NCBI GenBank assembly: GCA_041640635.1
Contig: JBEPZX010000027.1
Coordinates: forward strand, 1 to 10,606
Length of the DNA stretch: 10,606 bases
Direction: 5' to 3'
Source of the DNA: Aquificaceae bacterium
Lineage (GTDB): Bacteria > Aquificota > Aquificia > Aquificales > Aquificaceae
The position numbers and the translations under genes were made by a program. Below are positions 1-7,670 of the stretch, in pieces (within the stretch, counting starts at the first letter, position 1; each line of letters opens with the position of its first letter). The notes under the pieces were generated by a model, which saw only the letters and a program-made list of their open reading frames with translations, searched no databases and was not told the origin of the DNA.

Positions 1-273
1 AAACTGAGAAAACTAAAGAACTTGGAAGTAAGAATCATAAGAGATATGTCCCAATGTGGTGGGGGCTCTCTCCCTAATCTGTATCTACCTACCTACTGCG
101 TGGCTGTAAAGCACAAGCACTTAAGCGTTAATAAACTGCACGAGCTTCTGAGAAGTGCAGAAATACCAGTTATATGTAGGATAAAGGACGACTACTTGTT
201 GATAGATACACGTACAGTTTTAGCTGATGATTATAAACACATATTCACAGTTTTTGATACTATAGTGCAATGA
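1..273 (+). CDS. selA: L-seryl-tRNA(Sec) selenium transferase (selenocysteine synthase), C-terminal part, truncated by window start
   Basis: The frame is open from base 1 (KLRKLKNLEV...), so the TTG at 22 is not the real start. SelA C-terminal motifs GGGSLP and P(V)ICRI..D.LLID.RTV are present. Stop TGA at 271-273. Confidence 0.92.
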   Translation, partial: KLRKLKNLEVRIIRDMSQCGGGSLPNLYLPTYCVAVKHKHLSVNKLHELLRSAEIPVICRIKDDYLLIDTRTVLADDYKHIFTVFDTIVQ

Positions 274-276
274 GCT

Positions 277-519
277 TTAGCCTGAACCAGGGATTCCTTC
301 TTCTTCAAACTCTATCTGAAGCTTTTCGGATGGAACTATTGTAGTTATTGAATGCTTATAAACTAATGTTTGCTGTCTTTTGTCTTCTAGTAGCATGGTG
401 TATATATCGAAAGATTTTATCTTTCCCTGTAATCTAACGCCATTTATCAGGTACACAGTTACGTTAACTCTCTGTTTCCTTGCCGCATTCAAAAAAGCTT
501 CTTGGAGTCTGTAGGCCAT
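277..519 (-). CDS. hfq: RNA chaperone Hfq (80 aa)
   Basis: LQEAFLN, Sm1 VYLINGVRLQGKIKSFD and Sm2 LVYKHSITTIVP. Strong SD AGGAGGA on the minus strand at 524-530. Confidence 0.98.
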   Translation of the reverse strand: MAYRLQEAFLNAARKQRVNVTVYLINGVRLQGKIKSFDIYTMLLEDKRQQTLVYKHSITTIVPSEKLQIEFEEEGIPGSG

Positions 520-561
520 CTTTTCCTCCTTGATGTTGTCGAGTAGTTTTGTTAGAAAAAT

Positions 562-590
562 ATGATAAACTAAAATCTAAAAAGAGTCAA
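562..590 (-). promoter_or_regulatory. sigma70-type promoter for hfq
   Basis: Minus strand TTGACT (590-585), 17-nt spacer, TATCAT (567-562). Both hexamers match consensus at 5/6. It lies about 40 nt upstream of the hfq ATG. Confidence 0.75.
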
Positions 591-654
591 CGAAATGTAG
601 TATATAATATAGTTTGTATATCAAATTGCGATGTTATTAAACCAAAATAATATA

Positions 655-2247
655 TTAGGAACTTACAAATTCTTCATATAGATTTCTTATAACTTCCTTA
701 TAATTCACAGTTCCTTCCTCAATTTTATCTAGTTGTTCTTCCATATACCTTGTTAAATCATAATCTATAACCCTTTGAAATTTCTCTTTTAAAACATCTA
801 TGACTTGGAAAGAAAGTTCACTGGGTTTTAAGTATTTTTTTTCTAGGATTATGTAACCTCTCTGCTTAAGAGTCTTAACAATTGTAGCGTAAGTGGATGG
901 TCTTCCTATACCTAAAGACTCGAGTTTTTTCACTAGCTCTCCTTCCGTGTACCTACTTGGTGGTGATGTATCCACACGGTGTAAGTATACTCGCTTAGGC
1001 TTTAGAATGTCACCTTCTTTTAGAAGCGGAGCTTTATTTTGCTCTATATCCATCGGATATATCCTTGTCCATCCATCAAAAGATACTTCTTGGAATTTAC
1101 CAACAAATACTACGTTTCCTATTTCTATAGGAGTCATTTCCAGAGTGGTTTTTTCTAACTTCATTGGACTACTCAAACTTGCAAGAGTTCTCTTGGTTAT
1201 CAGTTCAAAGACATCTTTGTATTTTCCATATAGATTAACCTTTTTCAAAGATGTTGGTCTAATACACTCATGAGCGGAGAAACTTGTGGGTTTTTCTTTA
1301 AAAAATCTCAATTTGCCTACGTAAGGTTTACCATATACCTTTTTTATATATTCCATAAAAGCTTTAGCTTTGTTTTCATTCATTCTGTAAGAATCTGTTC
1401 GAGGGTAAGTTATGTAACCGTATTCATACAGCTCCTGAGCAATTCTTTGAACCTGATCTACACTGAGATTTAGCAGCTTACTCACTTCAGACTGTAGACT
1501 TGCAGTAATGAAAGGTTTAGGTGGCTGAACGTCTTCCAAATTTTTCTTTGTGGATTTAACTTCAAAGAGGGCATCCTTTAATTTTTTGAAAAAAGGCTGA
1601 GCATTTTCTGGCTTTTCGAATCTATAATCCCATTGTAGAGAAAACTCTATCCCCTCACTTTCAAAGTCAGCTCTTATATAGTAATAAGTTTTTTTTCTGA
1701 AATTTATTATTTGTTCTTCTCTTTCTACTATCAACCTTAATGCAGGTGATTGCACTCTTCCTACAGATAGACCTCTTACTTTTAGAAGATTGGAAACTTT
1801 GGGAGAAAGGGTGTAACCTATGAGCCTATCTAAGATTCTTCGTGCAAATTGAGCTCTCACTAAGTTTATATTCACACTCTCTTTATTTTTTAGAGCTTCT
1901 TCTATAGCTTCCTTTGTGATTTCATAAAACCTGACCCTGTGAATGTTTTCTGAGTATTTTTTTAGTTCCTCTTCTACAAAAAATGCTATAGCTTCTCCCT
2001 CTCTATCTGGGTCTGTGGCTATATAAACAGCTATTGCTTTTGTAGCTAGCCTTTTAATATCGTCCATTAATGCTTTTTTCCCTCTTACCCATACGTATTT
2101 AGCCTTAAAATTCTCAAGATCTACGCCAAGCTGATCAGGTGGTAAATCCTTTATGTGCCCCTTTGTAGCTTTTACTTTAAACTCCTTTCCTAAGTACTTG
2201 GCAATTGTTCTTGCCTTTGTGGGTGATTCAACAATAAATAAATACAT
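655..2247 (-). CDS. topA: type IA DNA topoisomerase I, compact form (530 aa)
   Basis: Toprim IVESPTKA, GHI and ATDPDREGE motifs; SVGRVQSPAL; catalytic GYITYPRTDS; SAHECIRPT; GIGRPSTY. No C-terminal Zn ribbons. Confidence 0.95.
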   Translation of the reverse strand: MYLFIVESPTKARTIAKYLGKEFKVKATKGHIKDLPPDQLGVDLENFKAKYVWVRGKKALMDDIKRLATKAIAVYIATDPDREGEAIAFFVEEELKKYSENIHRVRFYEITKEAIEEALKNKESVNINLVRAQFARRILDRLIGYTLSPKVSNLLKVRGLSVGRVQSPALRLIVEREEQIINFRKKTYYYIRADFESEGIEFSLQWDYRFEKPENAQPFFKKLKDALFEVKSTKKNLEDVQPPKPFITASLQSEVSKLLNLSVDQVQRIAQELYEYGYITYPRTDSYRMNENKAKAFMEYIKKVYGKPYVGKLRFFKEKPTSFSAHECIRPTSLKKVNLYGKYKDVFELITKRTLASLSSPMKLEKTTLEMTPIEIGNVVFVGKFQEVSFDGWTRIYPMDIEQNKAPLLKEGDILKPKRVYLHRVDTSPPSRYTEGELVKKLESLGIGRPSTYATIVKTLKQRGYIILEKKYLKPSELSFQVIDVLKEKFQRVIDYDLTRYMEEQLDKIEEGTVNYKEVIRNLYEEFVSS

Positions 2248-2249
2248 TT

Positions 2250-3641
2250 CTAAAAGTCTAGGTCAAAATCCTCTATATCTGTTTCTTCATCCTCTTCTAC
2301 ATAGCTTTCTACAACTTGTATATTTGGGTTATCTAGAGTTTTGAAAGCTGTGGTTTCCCTTATAAAAGCTACCTTAACTATTTCTGTAGGTCCCTGTCTT
2401 TGTTTAGCTACAATTATTTCCGCTATACCTCTTTCTTCAGGTGATGGGTTCCTTTTATAGTACTCTGGTCTATGTAAAAAGATTACTACGTCCGCATCTT
2501 GCTCTATTTGTCCACTTTCTCTCAAGTCTGCCAGTTGTGGTCTTTTGTCGCTTCTGTGTTCTACTTGTCTAGACAGCTGTGCCAAAGCTACCACTGGTAC
2601 TTCTAGTTCTTTAGCTAAAGCTTTCAAACTCCTTGAGACCTCAGCTACCTCTTCTTGTCGTGAGCTTCTTTTGTAATGTGACCTTACCAGCTGCAAGTAG
2701 TCTACAAAAAGAATGCCTATATTTCTTTCTTTCTTCAATTTCCTTGCTTTTACTCTTAAATCCATAATAGAAAGGCTAGGAGTGTCATCTACGAATATGT
2801 TACTTTTTGCAATTTCTATACCAGCATCCACTAATCTTTTCCATTCATCCTTATCAATAAATCCCTTCCTTATGTGCTGTAATGGTACACCAGAAAGTAT
2901 AGATAACGCCCTCATTACTAGCTGTTGTCTTGACATTTCCAAAGAAAATATCGCACATGGTATGCCTTTTCTTGCTGCATTGATAGCCATGGATAGCATG
3001 AAAGAAGATTTTCCCATCCCCGGTCTAGCGGCGATAACTATAAAGTCTGAGGGGTGAAAACCAGTGGTTATATTATCCAAATCTAAGAAACCCGTAGGCA
3101 CTCCTGTTATAACCTTTTCTTCTTGACTGTGTCTTTGTATTATCTCAAGTACCTCGTCCACAATATCCTTAACATGGTAATAATGTGTTATGGTCTGTTT
3201 CTGTGAAAGTTCAATAATCTTGTAAGTAAGTGAATCTAGTATGGCATTAAAATCACGTACTTCTTTCACTTCCTTTAATACATCTAATGACAAATCCAGG
3301 AGTTTTCTCAATCCTGACGCTTCTTTGACAACCCTTATAGCATCCTCTAGTAGATCTGGATGCACAGCCTCTTCGACCAACGCATAAATAAAACTCATAG
3401 GTACTTCTTTATCTAAGCCATACTTTATCAAATACTCTCTTAAAATAATGTCATCCCAGTTTTCCCCTTTATCATCTCTAAGTTTACAAAGCAAGGAAAA
3501 AAGCTTTCTATGAGTTTCAAAATAAAAGTCGTCTTCTTTTAGATACTCGAGAACTGTAGATATATTCTCTGGACTTTCTATCATTGCACCAAGAATGGCT
3601 CTTTCGGCCGATTCATCATATGGGGGTTCAAAGTCTAGCAT
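2250..3641 (-). CDS. dnaB: replicative DNA helicase DnaB
   Basis: N-terminal PP....AE.AILG, Walker A AARPGMGKS, FSLEM, VDYLQL, LAQLSR, DLRESGQIEQDAD and KQRQGP motifs. No intein. Confidence 0.98.
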   Translation of the reverse strand: MLDFEPPYDESAERAILGAMIESPENISTVLEYLKEDDFYFETHRKLFSLLCKLRDDKGENWDDIILREYLIKYGLDKEVPMSFIYALVEEAVHPDLLEDAIRVVKEASGLRKLLDLSLDVLKEVKEVRDFNAILDSLTYKIIELSQKQTITHYYHVKDIVDEVLEIIQRHSQEEKVITGVPTGFLDLDNITTGFHPSDFIVIAARPGMGKSSFMLSMAINAARKGIPCAIFSLEMSRQQLVMRALSILSGVPLQHIRKGFIDKDEWKRLVDAGIEIAKSNIFVDDTPSLSIMDLRVKARKLKKERNIGILFVDYLQLVRSHYKRSSRQEEVAEVSRSLKALAKELEVPVVALAQLSRQVEHRSDKRPQLADLRESGQIEQDADVVIFLHRPEYYKRNPSPEERGIAEIIVAKQRQGPTEIVKVAFIRETTAFKTLDNPNIQVVESYVEEDEETDIEDFDLDF

Positions 3642-3643
3642 GG

Positions 3644-4027
3644 TTATATTACTGCTGTAACTTCTATTTCTACTAAAGCGTTAAGTGGTAATGAAGAAAC
3701 ACACACTGTCGTGCGCACTGGCTTAATATCCACCTCTCTAAAAAAGTTTTCATACACACTATTAAACTTTGAAAAATTGGATAAATCTGTAAGATACACA
3801 ACTACCCTAACTATATTGCTTTTCTGAGCACCAGCTGCCAAGATTATATTGTTTACATTTTCTAGCGCTTGTGCTGCTTGCTTTTCTAATCCTTCTTCTA
3901 AATTACCAGTTTGTGGATTTATACCTATTTGCCCAGCCAAAAACAACAGATTACCTACCTTAATGGCTTGAGAGTAAGGTCCAACCGGTCTTGGTGATTT
4001 TTCCGTAAATATCTGTTCTTTCATCAT
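3644..4027 (-). CDS. ridA: RidA/YjgF/UK114-family enamine/imine deaminase
   Basis: GPYSQA, AGQIG, catalytic Arg in PVRTTV, and VEIE motifs. The start is either of two tandem ATGs (4027 or 4024), overlapping the yebC stop. Confidence 0.9.
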   Translation of the reverse strand: MMKEQIFTEKSPRPVGPYSQAIKVGNLLFLAGQIGINPQTGNLEEGLEKQAAQALENVNNIILAAGAQKSNIVRVVVYLTDLSNFSKFNSVYENFFREVDIKPVRTTVCVSSLPLNALVEIEVTAVI

Positions 4028-4770
4028 AAATTTTTCAAAATTTCCTCAGGTATATCAAAGTTAGAAATTACACTTTGTACATCATCAAGCTCATCTAAAG
4101 CATCCAGAAGCTTGAGTATTTTTTTTGCTGTTTCTGCATCTTCAATCTTAACTGTGCTTACAGGCTTATACGTAATTTCTGTTTTTTCTATGTTCATACT
4201 GTTTTTTTCTAAGCATTCCTTTACAAAATATAGATCTTCAGGAGAGGTATAAATAAGCACGGTGGATTCACCTAATTCTATGTCCTGAGCTCCACAATCT
4301 ATAGCTCTTTCATAAATTTCCTCTTCACTCATACTTTCCATATGGACTTCTATTAGTCCTACCCTATCAAAGAGATAAGAAACACAACCAGATGATCCTA
4401 AATTTCCACCATGTTTAGAAAAGATATGTCTTACTTCAGAAGTTGTTCTATTTTTATTATCCGATGCTGCTATAACCATTACAGCTACACCATTAGGTCC
4501 GTATCCTTCATAAATTACTTCTTCATAATTTTCACCACCAAGCTCACCTGTACCCTTTTTTATAGCCCTTTCCACAGTTTCCATGGGCATATTAGCCTTC
4601 TTGGCATTTTCTATAGCAGTTCTCAATCGAGGATTTGTTTCTGGATTGGGTCCTCCGCTTCTAACGGCTACAGTAATTTCTCTGATTAGTTTGGCAAAAA
4701 GTTTTCCTCTTTGAGCATCTATCTTAGCTTTTTTATGTTTTATCTGAGCCCAGTGACTATGACCTGCCAT
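4024..4770 (-). CDS. yebC: YebC/PmpR (TACO1) family protein
   Basis: MAGHSHWAQIKHKK, NPRLR, YEGYGPNG, DNKNRT, GGNLG and DDVQ motifs; 248 aa. Confidence 0.96.
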   Translation of the reverse strand: MAGHSHWAQIKHKKAKIDAQRGKLFAKLIREITVAVRSGGPNPETNPRLRTAIENAKKANMPMETVERAIKKGTGELGGENYEEVIYEGYGPNGVAVMVIAASDNKNRTTSEVRHIFSKHGGNLGSSGCVSYLFDRVGLIEVHMESMSEEEIYERAIDCGAQDIELGESTVLIYTSPEDLYFVKECLEKNSMNIEKTEITYKPVSTVKIEDAETAKKILKLLDALDELDDVQSVISNFDIPEEILKNL

Positions 4771-4779
4771 AAATAAAAA

Positions 4780-4795
4780 TTATATTCCTAAAGTC
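4780..4795 (-). repeat. motif copy A, GACTTTAGGAATATAA, running into -10 TATAAT (4784-4779) upstream of yebC
   Basis: Read directly from sequence. 15/16 identical to the plus-strand copy at 5168-5183. Function is inferred. Confidence 0.7.
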
Positions 4796-5167
4796 CAATA
4801 TACGAGTGTGTCTTAAACTATTAATATTACGCTGACTTTATAGAAAAATTAATCTAAACTTAATTAGTATCGAATATATAACTACGATAAAAATTCAACA
4901 ATGAGTTTAAAATTATATTAAAAATCATCTCACCACATAGAAATTACTTATCCTAATGACTTTTATACAAATCATGAAGAAATATTTTAGATTTTCGCTC
5001 CTCCCAGCCTATTAAATTGAATAATTTGTTAATTAATTGTAACATTGGTTTTTAAAAACTTCCTTCTTCTATATTACAACGTTTAATATAGGACAAACAA
5101 AAAAAGTTTTTAGAATTGATTTAAAAATTGGATAATAAAAGATCCAGAATGTGTTACATAGGTTTTA

Positions 5168-5183
5168 GACTTTAGGTATATAA
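5168..5183 (+). repeat. motif copy B, GACTTTAGGTATATAA
   Basis: Inverted relative to copy A (15/16) and direct relative to copy C (14/15). Its hexamer TATAAG (5179-5184) lacks the conserved final T of a -10. Confidence 0.7.
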
Positions 5184-5323
5184 GTGACATAAGTGTATAT
5201 GGTGGGATTTTTAAAATATAGTAAAATCAAAGCTTTTATAAAATAATACGAAATTTGAGTGACTTTTAAAAAGATATGAATTATGTTTACTCCATTAATA
5301 ATATTTGTCACTTTTAAATGCAC

Positions 5324-5340
5324 GACTTTACGTATATACT
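5324..5340 (+). promoter_or_regulatory. motif copy C, GACTTTACGTATATA, with -10 TATACT (5335-5340); probable nrdA promoter
   Basis: TATACT ends 10 nt before SD GGAGG (5351-5355) and 23 nt before the ATG at 5364. There is no good -35 at 16-18 nt. Confidence 0.55.
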
Positions 5341-5363
5341 TAATAAGCTCGGAGGAAATAAAA

Positions 5364-7658
5364 ATGTATGTGACAAAACGTCTCGGAAAAAAAGAAAAAA
5401 TGGACATATCAAAAATCCGTATTGTAATTGACTTTGCTTGCAATGGATTGCGTGTAGATCCTCTAGAACTTGAAGCGGATGCCCATATACAGTTTAGGGA
5501 GGGCATAACTACTAAAGAGATACAAAGTCTGCTCATAAGAACAGCGGCAGAAAAAGTGAGTCCGGAAAATCCTGATTGGACTTATGTTGCAGCTAGGCTT
5601 CTTCTTTATGATTTGTACAAAGATGTTGGACACATAAGAGGCTATAAGGTAAAAGACAAAATAAACGGTAAATACAAACCATACAACCCAGAAAGCTTTT
5701 ACAATCTTATCAAGACATACACAGAACGTGGCATATACGGTGCTTATTTATTGGAAAACTACACAAAAGAAGAAGTGGAAGAATTGGCACATTACATAGA
5801 TCCAGATAGGGACCTTCTTTTTAATTACACAGGTATAAAAGTTCTGTATGACAGATACTTAGTGAGGGATGAAGATGGTAATCCTATAGAGCTACCTCAA
5901 GAAATGTATATGCTTATAGCTATGACTTTGGCAACGGTAGAAAAGGAGAAGGTAAAATGGGCTAAGAGATTCTATGATGTTTTATCTGAACACTTGGTAT
6001 CATTAGCAACACCGACACTTATGAATGCACGTAGACCCCATACTCAACTTTCCTCCTGCTTTGTTCTAACTGTAGAGGATGATCTTTACGATATATTTGA
6101 CAACGTAACAAAGGCTGGAATGATTTCCAAGTTTGCAGGTGGGCTAGGAATATACTTGGGTAAAATTAGAGCAAGCGGTGCACCCATAAGAAAGTTTAAA
6201 GGGGCTTCTTCTGGAGTTTTACCTGTGGTAAAGATAATAAACGATGTTATGGTGTATGTGGATCAGCTTGGAATGAGAAAAGGATCCGCATCTATAACGC
6301 TGGATATATGGCACAAGGATGTTTTAGACTTCTTAGAGATAAAAACCAATGTTGGTGATGAAAGAAAGAAAGCCCATGATATACATCCCGCAATTGCAAT
6401 CCCGGACATTTTCATGGAAAGATTAAAACAAGGGAAAGATTGGACATTATTTGATCCCTATTACACGAAGAATGTTAGAAATGAGAAGAATTTAGAAGAT
6501 TTGTACGGGGAAGATTTCAAGAAAGAATACGAAAGACTTGAAAAGGAACTACCAAGTTATGCAAAGAGAACCATAAATGCTTTCGAACTTTGGAAGAGGC
6601 TTTTATCTGTGGTTTTCGAGACAGGAGAACCTTATATATTCTATAGGGATACAGCAAATTCTCTCAATCCAAACAAACACTGTGGTATGGTTTACTCTTC
6701 TAATTTGTGCCATGAAATTGTTCAAAATATGTCTACTACTGTTCACCTTGAGCAGGAACTGTCCGATGATGGAATCATAACATATAGAAAAAAATCTGGT
6801 GATGTTGTGGTTTGCAACCTAGGATCCATAAATCTTGGCAAGGTATACACAAAAGAAGACCTAGAAAAGGTTATACCAGTGTTAGTAAGAATGTTAGACA
6901 ATGTTATATCCATTAACTACTATGCCATACCTGAGGCTAAATATACTAATAGGCGATACAGAGCCATCGGTATAGGAGTTTCCAATTATCATTACTGCTT
7001 GGTAAAAAATGGCATACCTTGGGAATCACAAGAGCATGTGAAGTTTGCAGATAGCTTATTTGAAAGGATAGCTTATTACACCATAAAAGCCTCATCCAAT
7101 CTTGCTGCAGAAAGAGGGAAGTATGAACTTTTTGATGGTTCTGATTGGTCTAAAGGTGTATTCTTTGGAAAGTCAGCTGAGGTTTGCCAAGAAGAGAGCA
7201 TCAAAAATGGAAATAATTTAGATTGGCTATCTTTAGCAAAGGAAGTCAAAGAAAAGGGTTTAAGGAATGCTTACCTATTAGCCATAATGCCAACGGGTTC
7301 CACTTCATTGATTATTGGAGCAACTCAAGCAACCGATCCAATATTTGCCAAGTTTTACAAAGAAGAAAATATGTCTGGTATACTTCCTCAAGTTCCTCCT
7401 GAAGTAGATAAATACTTCTGGCATTACAAGTCGGCGTATAACATAGATCACGAATGGACCATAAAAGCTGCCGCAGCAAGGCAAAAATGGATAGATCAGG
7501 CGCAATCTCTGAATCTATTCATAGATCCAGAAAATATAGATGGACCTAAACTCTCTCACTTATACAAACTTACATGGGAACTTGGACTTAAAACTGTTTA
7601 CTACACCAGGTCTAAATCACTAACAGAAATAGAAGAATGCGAAAGCTGTTCCGCTTAA
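5364..7658 (+). CDS. nrdA: class I ribonucleoside-diphosphate reductase alpha subunit with N-terminal ATP cone (764 aa)
   Basis: Start moved from 5283 to the ATG at 5364 because of SD GGAGG at 5351-5355 and the ATP-cone start MYVTKR.G. Motifs [38 protein letters not shown] and C-terminal CESC are present. Confidence 0.97.
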   Translation: MYVTKRLGKKEKMDISKIRIVIDFACNGLRVDPLELEADAHIQFREGITTKEIQSLLIRTAAEKVSPENPDWTYVAARLLLYDLYKDVGHIRGYKVKDKINGKYKPYNPESFYNLIKTYTERGIYGAYLLENYTKEEVEELAHYIDPDRDLLFNYTGIKVLYDRYLVRDEDGNPIELPQEMYMLIAMTLATVEKEKVKWAKRFYDVLSEHLVSLATPTLMNARRPHTQLSSCFVLTVEDDLYDIFDNVTKAGMISKFAGGLGIYLGKIRASGAPIRKFKGASSGVLPVVKIINDVMVYVDQLGMRKGSASITLDIWHKDVLDFLEIKTNVGDERKKAHDIHPAIAIPDIFMERLKQGKDWTLFDPYYTKNVRNEKNLEDLYGEDFKKEYERLEKELPSYAKRTINAFELWKRLLSVVFETGEPYIFYRDTANSLNPNKHCGMVYSSNLCHEIVQNMSTTVHLEQELSDDGIITYRKKSGDVVVCNLGSINLGKVYTKEDLEKVIPVLVRMLDNVISINYYAIPEAKYTNRRYRAIGIGVSNYHYCLVKNGIPWESQEHVKFADSLFERIAYYTIKASSNLAAERGKYELFDGSDWSKGVFFGKSAEVCQEESIKNGNNLDWLSLAKEVKEKGLRNAYLLAIMPTGSTSLIIGATQATDPIFAKFYKEENMSGILPQVPPEVDKYFWHYKSAYNIDHEWTIKAAAARQKWIDQAQSLNLFIDPENIDGPKLSHLYKLTWELGLKTVYYTRSKSLTEIEECESCSA

Positions 7659-7670
7659 AGGAGGTAGAAA

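Noticed and set aside
562..577. Possible fourth motif copy in the hfq promoter (minus GATTTTAGtt-TATCAT)
   Set aside because: It has a core mismatch and a 1-nt shorter spacing, and that promoter already has a canonical -35.
605..626. Plus-strand TATAAT (605-610) and an FNR-like half-site or short palindrome TTTG-tatat-CAAA
   Set aside because: There is no matching -35, only one FNR half-site, and the hairpin is too weak to be a terminator.
893..4689. Plus-strand ORFs 893-1273, 1270-1473, 2153-2344, 2713-3057 and 4411-4689
   Set aside because: They lie antisense to well-conserved topA, dnaB and yebC and have no recognisable motifs, so they are shadow ORFs.
5017..5045. TTGAAT-17-TAACAT possible plus-strand promoter
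   Set aside because: 4/6 matches are common in AT-rich DNA, and there is no associated gene within about 300 nt.
5191..5204. NrdR box-like AAGTGTATATGGTG
   Set aside because: Only about 10/14 match to the consensus core, not palindromic, and there is no convincing tandem partner.
5283..5363. 27-aa N-terminal extension of NrdA in the ORF track
   Set aside because: There is no SD at 5283. The SD and ATP-cone start both point to 5364, and the extension covers the probable promoter.
4771..5363. oriC or DnaA-box cluster in the AT-rich intergenic region
   Set aside because: Only degenerate matches are present (TTATCCTAA 4948, TTATACAAA 4963, TTATCCAAT minus 5127-5135), with no perfect TTATNCACA. 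This is expected by chance at this composition; GC skew or Ori-Finder analysis would settle it.
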